Origin: an uncultured Nitrososphaerales archaeon
Lineage (GTDB): Archaea; Thermoproteota; Nitrososphaeria; Nitrososphaerales; Nitrososphaeraceae
Assembly: GCA_963841565.1 (NCBI GenBank)
Contig: CAWJCY010000005.1
Coordinates: 1 to 32,000 of the forward strand
Reading direction: 5' to 3'
DNA: 32,000 nucleotides
Made by a program: the position numbers and the translations under genes. The notes under the pieces are model-generated. The model did not search any database, was not told where the DNA came from, and saw nothing but the letters and a program-made list of their open reading frames with translations. How positions within the stretch are numbered: position 1 is the stretch's first letter; each line of letters begins with the position of its first letter. Positions 17,721 to 27,118 of the stretch are shown here, in pieces.

Positions 17721-18362
17721 ATGTATTTGCGACAGATGGAACAGCATCGTCAGCGATTCAGTGGAGAGATTACAAACGCAAGTGCAGTTGTAAATACCCA
17801 ACTTTCTAAACTGACTATGCTGGAGAAAAAATTCTCGAACATGGATGATAAATTCAGCAATGAAATTTCCAATCTTATGAAGAATGGTAACAACGCGCGG
17901 GCAAAAGCACTTGCAAACGAACTCGTGAACATTCGACGAATAAAGAATATTACTCGAAACATGAACCTTACACTAGAGATGCTAGTAATCAGGTTTAGCA
18001 CTCTCAAAGATTTTGGGATGATTATGGATACTATTGAACCTACAGTAGATATGATAAAGAATATTCAGCTTGATATATCAGCCATCGTGCCTGCCGCAAA
18101 CGGAGTACTCTCCGAAATGTCTGAGATTTCATCTGAGGTTCTAGATGAAAGCACGAAGATAGACGGAAACTATGCAATCCCAACTAGTGTAGATTCCGAT
18201 GCACTGGATATCCTAACAGAAATCGAGTCAGTAATGGAACAGGATGCTAAAACAAAATTACCTGAAATACCTACAGAGATAAACGAAACAATAATCCAAT
18301 CAACCGATAATATTAAGATGAGGAGCTTATTGAAGGAAAGTCGGGTACTTGTCGAAACTTGA
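17721..18362 (+). CDS. cdvB: ESCRT-III / Snf7-family cell-division protein (CdvB paralogue)
   Basis: 213 aa and all-helical. ARAKALANELVNIRRIKNITRNMNLTLEMLVIRFSTLKDFGMIMDTIEPTVDMIKNIQLDISAIVPAANGVLSEMSEI follows the CdvB/Snf7 core pattern. The acidic C-terminus carries a Pro-containing KLPEIPTEI. Confidence 0.7.
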   Translation: MYLRQMEQHRQRFSGEITNASAVVNTQLSKLTMLEKKFSNMDDKFSNEISNLMKNGNNARAKALANELVNIRRIKNITRNMNLTLEMLVIRFSTLKDFGMIMDTIEPTVDMIKNIQLDISAIVPAANGVLSEMSEISSEVLDESTKIDGNYAIPTSVDSDALDILTEIESVMEQDAKTKLPEIPTEINETIIQSTDNIKMRSLLKESRVLVET

Positions 18363-18456
18363 ATAAATAGCAGAAGCTAAGGTAGGCCATATTATATCGA
18401 TAGTAAAATATAATTTACAAAGTAGTTTTAATTGTCTAGGCTGAATATCGGGTGCA

Positions 18457-20574
18457 ATGGAACAGTTGAGTCATGATTATTCATTTCAAACAGAGAACAA
18501 AAGGTATGGGATTCTCGAATCTGCCTCAAAACGAGTGCGGATGATCTTCTCTGTTATGGCCAGTCCTAACAGAATTGATATACTTAGAATATTAAATTCA
18601 AAGGGGCCACTTACCTACTCTGAATTGAAATCTCTTGCCGGGTTCAAATCGAAAAAGGAATCTGGAAAATTTGCCTATCATTTAAGGAAACTGCTTAGGC
18701 AGTCGTTAGTTGCTTTGAATAAAGGAGAACGAAGATATACAATAACTAACTTGGGGAAATTAGTCTTGAGCCTTGCAAGACAAATTGAAGAAAGGTCAAT
18801 AGTTGAAAGTGGCAAAATGTATGTTAGGACAAGCCATAATTCGATTGAGGAGTTTAATTCTCACAAGATAATCCAATCTATCGTTAGGGAGGCTGGAATG
18901 CCTTTAGAGCAAGCGCAGAAAATCACGGAGGAAGTGGAGAACAAGATTTACAAGTTCCAGGCTGCCTATCTTACATCTTCTCTGGTTCGTGAAACAGTCA
19001 ATTCCGTGCTTATAGAGCATGGCTTTGAAGAGTATCGGAGTAGAATGTCCAGATTGGGCATGCCTAGTTCTGATGTTCTCGATCTGATAAACAATGCGGA
19101 AGGAATTACAAATGGAATAGAGGGAATTATCAATAACGCTTCCATGTCAGTGTTTTCGGAGCACCTATTATTGAATTCTCTACCCAAGGACATTTCAGAT
19201 ATGCATCTAGGTGGCGAGTTAAACATCTCAAATCCTGGGGTATGGGGGATACTTCCTGATGTGGTCTTCCTAAACATCAATGAATTTTCTGAAGGATTAC
19301 AAAAATTAAACGGCAAGTATTTTAACGTATCAAGGGTACGCTTCGATGAAAAGTCCAAGTTTTCGGCAGCATTGCAATTACTTTTGGCTTTGATGAGCAG
19401 GGAGGCATCATCGGAGGTAGTTCTTGAAGGCATCACAGACTTTCTCTTGAATGACACTTTGGATTGTGAGGATATCGCGTCATCTTTTGCAAAGGCTCTT
19501 ATCTCGTCATCTGCTACAAGCTCCTATTCTGAAGGTCTACCTTCCTTTACGATTCTATTGCCTGTAAGTACTCTTGATAAAAAGACATTTGGGGCCTTAC
19601 TTGATGGCTACACAAAGTATACAGACTTAACTCCTTTACCAAGGGTTGGTCTGGCATTAAATTACAATGGAGATTCCAATACGTTGGGAGAAGACTCGCA
19701 GACGATATCATCTGTAGTTAGGTCGGGAGGTAAGATAGTCATCATGCAAAATGGAAAGCGAACGAGTAATGGCATTCGAAAATCATTAGATGGTAAGGAT
19801 ACAGGGAGCGTTGCATCTTTACAGTCGATGTCGATTAATCTTCCTAGACTCGCGTATCAGTCAAACAAAGATGAAACATATTTCAGGGCAAAACTCGCGC
19901 TAACAATAAAACCCGCATTGGAGGCGATGTATATAAGAAAGAAGAATATCCTGAGCACAATCAGAAAGGGGCTATGCCCGGTCATGGGAAGTGCTAATTT
20001 TGAACATTTCGGCACAACTAACATAATTCTCAATCTCACCGGCCTAAAGGAATCAGTATATGATATCTTGGGATATAATCACAATTCTGCCGGAGATGAT
20101 GTCCTGAGAAAAGTACTGAAGACCTCAGGTGATGTAGCTTTAGATCATGGGAGGCAAATGGATAGTGAATCGGTAGGTATCTCGATGATAGATGATGACA
20201 GTAGCATAAGATTTTCAACCTTGGATTCAGAAAAATATGGTAGGACTCTACTATCAACTGGGGCCGAGTCGGCAAAGCACTACTCTCAAGGGATTACTGT
20301 GAACGGAAAGGAACTTTTGTTACAACCTCAAAAAGGATTAGAAGAATGTATTTCCATTGATAGTCTCCTAAGGGGTGGGTTGTCGACGTCAATAGATCTA
20401 ACTGATATTTCGGCTCAGGATGAATTGAATAAGGCAATAGCCATCAGCACTGGACTCACATTCTTCCGGCCATTCGTTCGATCCCTGATCTGTAGAGGGT
20501 GTAGCAGACGCTATGTTGGGTCAGATGTTAAGAAATGCGAGACCTGTGGATCAGTATATTTAAGGACAGGTTGA
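18457..20574 (+). CDS. wHTH (ArsR-like) + ATP-cone + degenerate NrdD-like (class III RNR-like) + C-terminal Zn-ribbon fusion protein
   Basis: 705 aa. Residues 25-110 (ASPNRIDILRILNSKGPLTYSELKSLAG...FAYHLRKLLRQSLV...YTITNLG) are ArsR-type wHTH. Residues 121-197 (MYVRTSHNSIEEFNSHKIIQSIVREAGMPLEQAQKITEEVENKIY...LTSSLVRETVNSVLIEHGFEEYRSR) have the ATP-cone pattern. The body carries NrdD-like stretches LPKDISDMHLGGELNISNPG, SMSINLPRLAYQ and NLTGLKESVYDILG. The C-terminus is CRGC-x11-CETC, and the protein ends 8 residues later with no RxxGY glycyl-radical motif. Confidence 0.65.
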   Translation: MEQLSHDYSFQTENKRYGILESASKRVRMIFSVMASPNRIDILRILNSKGPLTYSELKSLAGFKSKKESGKFAYHLRKLLRQSLVALNKGERRYTITNLGKLVLSLARQIEERSIVESGKMYVRTSHNSIEEFNSHKIIQSIVREAGMPLEQAQKITEEVENKIYKFQAAYLTSSLVRETVNSVLIEHGFEEYRSRMSRLGMPSSDVLDLINNAEGITNGIEGIINNASMSVFSEHLLLNSLPKDISDMHLGGELNISNPGVWGILPDVVFLNINEFSEGLQKLNGKYFNVSRVRFDEKSKFSAALQLLLALMSREASSEVVLEGITDFLLNDTLDCEDIASSFAKALISSSATSSYSEGLPSFTILLPVSTLDKKTFGALLDGYTKYTDLTPLPRVGLALNYNGDSNTLGEDSQTISSVVRSGGKIVIMQNGKRTSNGIRKSLDGKDTGSVASLQSMSINLPRLAYQSNKDETYFRAKLALTIKPALEAMYIRKKNILSTIRKGLCPVMGSANFEHFGTTNIILNLTGLKESVYDILGYNHNSAGDDVLRKVLKTSGDVALDHGRQMDSESVGISMIDDDSSIRFSTLDSEKYGRTLLSTGAESAKHYSQGITVNGKELLLQPQKGLEECISIDSLLRGGLSTSIDLTDISAQDELNKAIAISTGLTFFRPFVRSLICRGCSRRYVGSDVKKCETCGSVYLRTG

Positions 20575-20951
20575 CTTGCAGTTAATAGGTAATAGTGTTG
20601 CTGACTACCTTCTGCATCCTTTCAATAGCAGAACACAAAAGCGCAGCGATAGTGAAATAGGCTTAGATTCTCATTGGCGACTGAAACTTACATTATCAGT
20701 AACTGAATCAGATCCTGGATTATTTTCCCTGATCTTCTCCGATTGTCTAAGCCCTTTTTGAAAAGGCTCATAGTCGATTCAAAGCAATACTTGAGGGCCT
20801 TTGCCATCTAAAATGTGAAAGTTATTCATATCAAATAACTATGCTTGTCGGCAACCATATCTGCCTTAGCTATTTAGATTGGTACTTTATGAAAATCTAA
20901 TATGAGCATCATTTGCTTCTCATATAAAATAACATACACATCAATCAGTTT

Positions 20952-20976
20952 CCAAAACAAAAAAAGAAAAAAAGAG
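20952..20976 (-). terminator. oligo-T tract downstream of amoC (putative archaeal terminator)
   Basis: The minus strand reads ctctttttttctttttttgttttgg about 50 nt after the amoC stop. Archaeal RNAP terminates at oligo-T runs. Confidence 0.35.
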
Positions 20977-21025
20977 CGTGTATGTATAATATTTTGTTTT
21001 TGTCTTTGTCTTGTTGTTGCTGTTG

Positions 21026-21589
21026 TTATGGGATTGATCTGCTGTACAGCTTTCCTTCTAATGCTAGTTTGTACATCTCTGCTACGTACGGGTTCTTGGC
21101 TGGTGTTTCAGCTCCAAGTTCAACCAATCGTGCATATACTCTTACGACATATGCTAGAGCGCCCATGAAAGCTACAACAACTCCCATGTTAAACATCCAG
21201 TGGTTTGGAACTGAAAATATTTCTTCTACAAACCAAAAGTGCCACAGCTCATTGATACCTATAGTAAACATGGTTGCCAAATATCCAAGAATGGTCATCT
21301 TTAGACCGGTATTCATGGAGTTGTTTGGTCCTCTTAGAATAGGTACTTTTCTGTCATACATTGCTACAAATCCCCAACCTAGAGGAAGTGCAATGAAGTG
21401 ACTGTATAGCCACCAATGAGCTGGTGTGAATGCACTATCTCTGATAGCAGTTTGATGCAATGATCCATCTACAAAGTTATCTACTTCTACTGATGCTGCA
21501 ATTGAACCTAACATTATAACCATTATGTATATTTTCTTTAGTCTCTGTATCTCTACTTCTTTTGGAATCAGTGCGGGCATCTGTGCCAT
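21026..21589 (-). CDS. amoC: ammonia monooxygenase subunit C (archaeal AmoC), solitary copy
   Basis: MAQMPALIPKEVEIQRLKKIY...VEVDNFVDGSLHQTAIRDSAFTPAHWWLYSHF...RGPNNSMNTGLKMTILGYLATMFTIGINELWHFWFVEEIF...RVYARLVELGAETPAKNPYVAEMYKLALEGKLYSRSIP is essentially the conserved thaumarchaeal AmoC sequence as I remember it. The tracked ORF extends 4 codons upstream to a TTG at 21601. Confidence 0.93.
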   Translation of the reverse strand: MAQMPALIPKEVEIQRLKKIYIMVIMLGSIAASVEVDNFVDGSLHQTAIRDSAFTPAHWWLYSHFIALPLGWGFVAMYDRKVPILRGPNNSMNTGLKMTILGYLATMFTIGINELWHFWFVEEIFSVPNHWMFNMGVVVAFMGALAYVVRVYARLVELGAETPAKNPYVAEMYKLALEGKLYSRSIP

Positions 21590-21621
21590 TATCTTCTTCA
21601 ATAATGAAGATGCAACAGATC

Positions 21622-21629
21622 TATATTAA
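21622..21629 (-). promoter_or_regulatory. TATA-like box for amoC
   Basis: The minus strand reads TTAATATA about 35 nt upstream of the ATG at 21589. Confidence 0.3.
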
Positions 21630-21864
21630 GTTGCGAGTATCAGAATCTGATTCTTTCATCAATGTTTGATAGTGAATTGGATGATATCTTATGGAATGTA
21701 TATATAATTATGTTATTTATATGATTTATCATACCTGAATGTAGATAAGCATTAGTGATTAGCACAAGTGATTAATGTAATGTGTGGCTATTTTTGGATA
21801 CCTTAAACACTAATTTGTGTTCGAAGAGCGAAGGGCCCATCCATGGCACAATTTTTCAGCAAGC

Positions 21865-21877
21865 TAATATTTTTAAA
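21865..21877 (+). promoter_or_regulatory. TATA-like box for nrdJ
   Basis: taatatttttaaa is centred about 35 nt upstream of the ATG at 21906. Confidence 0.3.
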
Positions 21878-21905
21878 GCAAAGGAAAACTAATGTATAGA
21901 TTGGA

Positions 21906-24629
21906 ATGGCGGGGGTTACCGAATTTAATTCTAAAGAAAATTTGATTTCACAGATAAGGAAACGGGATGCAAGAATAGTTTCTTTTGTTCATACGAAGAT
22001 CTCCAATGCAATCTATAAGGCGTTGGTTGCAACTAGGAAACCTGATTACGAGTTAGCTGAGAACTTGGCTAACAAAGTTCTCCAGAAAATGGTTGATCAT
22101 GGCTATGGAGCGTCGGAAAAGGAAGCAATTCCGAGTGTGGAAGACGTTCAGGATATGGTAGAATCAATACTCATCGAAGAAGGTTTGTCCGAGACAGCAA
22201 AGGCCTACATCCTCTACAGACACGAACGAAGAAAAATTAGAGATGAAAAAATGAAAATCCTGAACAAGAAAGATCTAGATGAAATCGATAAATCATTCAG
22301 TGTTAATTCACTAAGAGTCTTAGCGTCTCGATATCTGTTAAGAGATGATAGCAACGAGATAATAGAAGGACCACGCCAAATGTTTGAAAGGGTTGCCATT
22401 CTAGCAACTCTGCCTGACCTGGTACACGATTCGAGTATATTTGACATCGAATCTAAACATAGTAATTACACAGATGAAGCAGAGAAGTACTACGATAAAA
22501 TCGATGATTTCCATCTCAAGCTTAAGATTGGTGAATTCTATCTCAATAAGTACCATTTTGAATCTCTTATTCGTCTTTACATAGATCTCGCTAAAGACAG
22601 ACACATGAAATGTAGTTTCAAAGACTTGCTAAGGCTAATCGCTGAAGGAAAGATGTCTGCTTACGAAAGCAGAATTCGCGAATACTATAATTTAATGGTA
22701 TCAAAGGACTTTTTGCCTAATACACCAACTTTAATGAACGCGGGCGCGAGATTAGGACAACTTTCAGCCTGCTTTGTCCTCGACATGCCAGATGATATGA
22801 ACCAGATCATGAAGTCGTCTACCGATGCGGCGATGATCTTCAAATCAGGAGGCGGAGTAGGCATCAATTATTCTGATTTGAGGCCAGAGGGTGATATCGT
22901 AGCATCCACATCTGGAGTAGCATCTGGACCTTCATCTTTCATGAGAATAATTGACACAATCACGGATGTTGTGAAACAGGGAGGAAAGAGACGTGGTGCA
23001 AATATGGGTATTCTGGAAGCATGGCATCCGGATATTGAAAAGTTCGTGACTGCAAAGACAAAACCGGGAGTATTTGAAAACTTTAATGTGAGCGTTGGTA
23101 TCTCTAATGATTTCTGGAAATCTGTTATTGATAAACAGAACCATAAGTACATGTTAAGAAATCCGAGAACCCAAGAGCCCATTAAAAACATTGATTCGCA
23201 ACAGCTATTGGATCTGATAGCATTTAGTGCATGGAAGAGTGCAGAACCAGGTGTAATTTTCTTTGATAATATCAACAAATATAATCCATGTATGGAAGCC
23301 AAGGGTGGACCATTGCGTGCAACAAATCCTTGTGGAGAACAGTCTCTTTATCCATATGAATCATGCAATTTGGGTTCGATAAATCTGGCAAATTTTGTTA
23401 AGAGGAAAGCTGATGGAATGTACGAATTTGATTGGCAACGTTATGAACAAGCGGTACGATTGTCAACCAGATTGCTAGATAATGTAATTGATGCTAACAA
23501 GTATCCTGTAGACGAGATCGATAAAAATACTAAACTTACGCGTAGAATCGGTCTCGGTATTATGGGCATAGCCGACCTACTATTCTTGTTAAGAATACCA
23601 TACATATCTAAAGAAGGGTATGAGTTCATGAACAAGTTAGCGGAGGCGATCTCATATTACAGCATGGAGGAGAGCGTTGCTCTGGCTAAAGTACGAGGGC
23701 CATTTCCACTGTTTTCAAGAACTGATTATGTCAAAGGTAAGATCCCGGTAGCCGGATACTATGAAATACCGAAGGAGAATCATTCATTTGACTGGGACTC
23801 ATTAATCATGAAAATCCGAAAATACGGTATAAGAAACTCATGGACAACAACGATTGCACCTACTGGAACGTTATCTATGATAGCAGATACTTCTAACGGT
23901 ATTGAACCCATTTTCGCTTTAGTTTTCGAAAAGAGAGTAACAGTTGGCAGATTTTTCTATACAAACAGGGTTTTCGAAAATGTTCTAATGGCGAGCGGTC
24001 TGTACGACGACGAAATACTTACAAGAATTGCAAATAACTACGGATCTGTACGAGATATGAATGAGATTCCTCAGTGGATGCAGAAACTTTTCGTAACAGC
24101 AATTGATATTCACTGGACAGATCATCTTATGGCTCAGGCTGTGTGGCAGAAATGGATTAGTAATGCTATCGCAAAGACTATTAATATGCCTGGAGATACG
24201 ACCGCCGATGATGTGAAATCTGCATACTTGCTTGCCCATGAATTAGGATTAAAAGGTGTTACAGTTTATCGGGATGGGTCAAGACACGAGCAGGTTCTGC
24301 ACATAACAGGTGATACTGGAAAGGAAAAAAGGTTTATGGTAAATCCGAGTGCCTACGTAGCAGATTTTATTCGAGACAATATCAATGAACCATTCGTAAG
24401 GGAACAGATAGCACAAATATACCAATACACTCAGAATTTTGAGGAACCCATGACACCTCCTCGTTATGAAGAGAATCAACAGATTACTTCTGTAAAAAAA
24501 TCAAGTCTCCAATCTTCAGTTATGGAGAATTATGACAATATGTGTCCTTCCTGCAAATCAAAACTAATAGTTACAGAAGGATGTAATATGTGCATTGAGT
24601 GTGGGTTTAGTAGCTGCGGCTCGGGATGA
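21906..24629 (+). CDS. nrdJ: adenosylcobalamin-dependent (class II) ribonucleotide reductase with N-terminal ATP-cone and C-terminal Cys-rich zinc finger
   Basis: 907 aa. The ATP-cone is IRKRDARIVSFVHTKISNAIYKAL...VEDVQDMVESILIEEGLSETAKAYILYRHERR. The catalytic finger loop is TNPCGEQSLYPYESCNLGSINL, followed by TIAPTGTLS and GVTVYRDGSR. The C-terminus is CPSC...CNMCIECGFSSCG. Confidence 0.95.
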   Translation: MAGVTEFNSKENLISQIRKRDARIVSFVHTKISNAIYKALVATRKPDYELAENLANKVLQKMVDHGYGASEKEAIPSVEDVQDMVESILIEEGLSETAKAYILYRHERRKIRDEKMKILNKKDLDEIDKSFSVNSLRVLASRYLLRDDSNEIIEGPRQMFERVAILATLPDLVHDSSIFDIESKHSNYTDEAEKYYDKIDDFHLKLKIGEFYLNKYHFESLIRLYIDLAKDRHMKCSFKDLLRLIAEGKMSAYESRIREYYNLMVSKDFLPNTPTLMNAGARLGQLSACFVLDMPDDMNQIMKSSTDAAMIFKSGGGVGINYSDLRPEGDIVASTSGVASGPSSFMRIIDTITDVVKQGGKRRGANMGILEAWHPDIEKFVTAKTKPGVFENFNVSVGISNDFWKSVIDKQNHKYMLRNPRTQEPIKNIDSQQLLDLIAFSAWKSAEPGVIFFDNINKYNPCMEAKGGPLRATNPCGEQSLYPYESCNLGSINLANFVKRKADGMYEFDWQRYEQAVRLSTRLLDNVIDANKYPVDEIDKNTKLTRRIGLGIMGIADLLFLLRIPYISKEGYEFMNKLAEAISYYSMEESVALAKVRGPFPLFSRTDYVKGKIPVAGYYEIPKENHSFDWDSLIMKIRKYGIRNSWTTTIAPTGTLSMIADTSNGIEPIFALVFEKRVTVGRFFYTNRVFENVLMASGLYDDEILTRIANNYGSVRDMNEIPQWMQKLFVTAIDIHWTDHLMAQAVWQKWISNAIAKTINMPGDTTADDVKSAYLLAHELGLKGVTVYRDGSRHEQVLHITGDTGKEKRFMVNPSAYVADFIRDNINEPFVREQIAQIYQYTQNFEEPMTPPRYEENQQITSVKKSSLQSSVMENYDNMCPSCKSKLIVTEGCNMCIECGFSSCGSG

Positions 24630-24743
24630 GGAGTGCAAAACATACACTTTCCCCTTACCATTAAGGCATTTTTTAATTAGAAACCCCAAAATTTCGCCTA
24701 TTCGATAGCCAAGGTTCGGTGGACCGATAATAATCGATCTCGC

Positions 24744-26921
24744 TCACCTATAGTGAGGCATAACTACCCTATCGCCGGGCTTCATTTCTCTCTGCGTCTT
24801 GATCTTTTTAATAGCCTCTTCAAACTGCTTCATTGAAACCAAAGCCTCAGATGTATGTTTAGCAGCTTCCTCTGGAGTATTGTATTTTGCAAGATACTCT
24901 TGTAATACCACTGAGATTGCGGTATTAGCAACGGCTGACATGTCAGCTCCACTAAAGCCATCAGTCAGATCCGCTATCCTGCCTAGGTCTATGTCATTAC
25001 TTACAGGTTTGCCCTTGATGTTAATCTCCAGGATTCTCTCCCTTGTATTTCTGTCAGGATTAGATACTAGCACTATCTTATCAAATCGTCCCGGTCTCAG
25101 CAATGCGGTGTCGATCATGTCTACCCTATTGGTTGCAGCAATTATCACAACTCCTTGCATTTCTTGTATACCGTCCATCTCCGTGAGTAATTGTGACATC
25201 ATTCGCTCTGTGCTTGCATGGACCCCCTCCATTCCTCTGATAGGTGCAATAGAGTCTATCTCGTCAAAAAACACCACACAAGGTGAAGCCTGTCTAGCTT
25301 TCCTAAATATCTCGCGGATTCCTTTTTCTGATTCTCCAACCCACTTGCTAAGTAGTTCAGGACCTTTAACACTAATGAAATTCGCTTCAGATTCAGTAGC
25401 TACAGCCTTTGCCAATAGTGTTTTTCCGGTGCCTGAAGGACCGTATAGTAGTATTCCTTTAGGAATATTATGCTTGAGCTCTTTGTACAAGGCTGGATAT
25501 TTTAATGGCCATTCCACTGCCTCTTGTAATTCCCTCTTAACGTTGTCTAGTCCACCAATATCTTCCCATTTGACATCGGGAGGTTCTACGTAGACCTCTC
25601 TCATGGCAGATGGGGTTATCTCCCTTGTAGCATAGTCAAAATCATTCATGTTTATCACGAGCTTATCCAGTGTTTCGGGAGCAAGTTTTTCATCCTCCAT
25701 GTTGAGTTCAGGTAGAAGTCTTCTCAAACACTTCATAGCTGCTTCTTTACACAAATATTCAAGATCTGCACCTACAAACCCATGAGTTACACCAGCAATC
25801 TTATCTTGATCTACATCAGTATCCAGAGGCATATTACGGGCATGAATCTGTAATATCTCCAGTCTACCTCGTTTGTCAGGAACTTTGATCTCAATTTCTC
25901 TGTCAAATCTACCTGGTCTGCGTAATGCTGGATCTAAGGCATTTGGCCTATTGGTTGCAGCAATGACTATAACCTTTCCTCTAGCTTCTAAACCATCCAT
26001 CAATGAAAGTAATTGAGAGACAACTCGTCGTTCCACCTCACCAGTTACCTCTTCTCTCTTTGGTGCGATTGAATCTATCTCATCAATGAATATTATCGAA
26101 GGTGACTTCTCTCTTGCCTCCTTAAAGATTTCCCTTAAACGTGCTTCAGATTCTCCATAGAATTTACTCATTATTTCAGGTCCTGATATACTGATAAAAT
26201 GTGAGTTACTTTCATTGGCAACAGCTTTTGCCAACAGTGTCTTACCAGTTCCAGGGGGTCCAAATAGAAGCACACCTTTAGGAGCTTCAATTCCTAATTT
26301 CTCAAATATCTCTGGATGTCTTAAAGGAAGCTCAATCATCTCACGTACTTTTTGAATCTCGTCCTTCAAGCCACCTATGTCTTCGTAGGCGACGATATGC
26401 ATACCTCTGTCCGCTGATGCTTGGCCAGCCGTCGTTATGTTAAATGCCGTCTTTTGAGTGACCAACACTGCATCACTACCGGCTGGTGTAACCCCGATAA
26501 CCTGGAAAGTAAGTCTTCCACCAAAATATGGAACCATGACATTATCGCCTTTGATCAGAGGTACACTTTCAAGTGCATCTGCAAGATACCTTTCATCAAT
26601 AGGTGGAATTGCTTCAAGCGGTGCTACTATTACCTTTTCAGCTGGAACTGCCTTTATCTTTCTTACAACTACTGTATCACCTATAGCAACACCTGCATTA
26701 TTACGTACAAGACCATCAACACGAATTATTCCCTTACCTTCATCAGAGGGGTACAGCGGCAAACACTTTGCCACCGTTCGACGTTTGCCTCTAATCTCGA
26801 TAACATCTCCTGTAGAAGCGGTGAGAGAATCCATCGAGTCATAATCAATACGAGCTACTCCTCTGCCAACGTCTCTAGTATAAGCTTCAAGTACTTTAAG
26901 ACTCGAATTAGTGTCTCCCAT
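24744..26921 (-). CDS. cdc48: CDC48/VCP-type AAA+ ATPase (N-domain + D1 + D2)
   Basis: 725 aa. The N-terminal double-psi-barrel-like region is [13 protein letters not shown]...GDVIEIRG. There are two Walker A motifs ([16 protein letters not shown]) and two Walker B motifs ([18 protein letters not shown]), plus the second region of homology [19 protein letters not shown] and [19 protein letters not shown]. Confidence 0.95.
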   Translation of the reverse strand: MGDTNSSLKVLEAYTRDVGRGVARIDYDSMDSLTASTGDVIEIRGKRRTVAKCLPLYPSDEGKGIIRVDGLVRNNAGVAIGDTVVVRKIKAVPAEKVIVAPLEAIPPIDERYLADALESVPLIKGDNVMVPYFGGRLTFQVIGVTPAGSDAVLVTQKTAFNITTAGQASADRGMHIVAYEDIGGLKDEIQKVREMIELPLRHPEIFEKLGIEAPKGVLLFGPPGTGKTLLAKAVANESNSHFISISGPEIMSKFYGESEARLREIFKEAREKSPSIIFIDEIDSIAPKREEVTGEVERRVVSQLLSLMDGLEARGKVIVIAATNRPNALDPALRRPGRFDREIEIKVPDKRGRLEILQIHARNMPLDTDVDQDKIAGVTHGFVGADLEYLCKEAAMKCLRRLLPELNMEDEKLAPETLDKLVINMNDFDYATREITPSAMREVYVEPPDVKWEDIGGLDNVKRELQEAVEWPLKYPALYKELKHNIPKGILLYGPSGTGKTLLAKAVATESEANFISVKGPELLSKWVGESEKGIREIFRKARQASPCVVFFDEIDSIAPIRGMEGVHASTERMMSQLLTEMDGIQEMQGVVIIAATNRVDMIDTALLRPGRFDKIVLVSNPDRNTRERILEINIKGKPVSNDIDLGRIADLTDGFSGADMSAVANTAISVVLQEYLAKYNTPEEAAKHTSEALVSMKQFEEAIKKIKTQREMKPGDRVVMPHYR

Positions 26922-27118
26922 TGTACTAATAGATAATCATTAACTCCTTATACATTTTATTAATTTTATTGAACTTGATATCGAATTGTGTAGCAGCGCA
27001 GCTGTTCCAATTGAGAGCAATGCCTTACAGATAACCGTTGTAAATGGTTTGTTGTGAAAATGAATCCCAGAATCTACAATTGGATGGAATATATTAGATC
27101 TGATAAAGCAAGGTACAA

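Noticed and set aside
18457-20574. Annotating the 705-aa protein as a functional anaerobic (class III) ribonucleotide reductase.
   Set aside because: It carries an N-terminal wHTH and has diverged signature motifs. It ends before any RxxGY glycyl-radical motif, no NrdG activase is nearby, and the host is an aerobic ammonia oxidiser with nrdJ.
20902-21401. ORFs 20902..21168 and 20982..21401 (+).
   Set aside because: They are antisense shadows of amoC and of its A-rich 3' region, with Cys/Leu-rich nonsense translations.
22214-24479. Numerous 60-144-aa minus-strand ORFs inside nrdJ.
   Set aside because: All are antisense to a CDS with unambiguous class II RNR motifs.
24744-26921. The AAA+ ATPase as CdvC/Vps4, which would complete a cdv locus with the nearby cdvB.
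   Set aside because: It has a CDC48-type N-domain and two AAA modules (725 aa). CdvC/Vps4 has an MIT domain and a single AAA module.
24799-26936. ORFs 24799..25593, 26421..26936 and 26458..26844 (+).
   Set aside because: They are antisense to the strongly supported CDC48 gene and have low-complexity Ser/Ile/Leu-rich translations typical of shadow ORFs.
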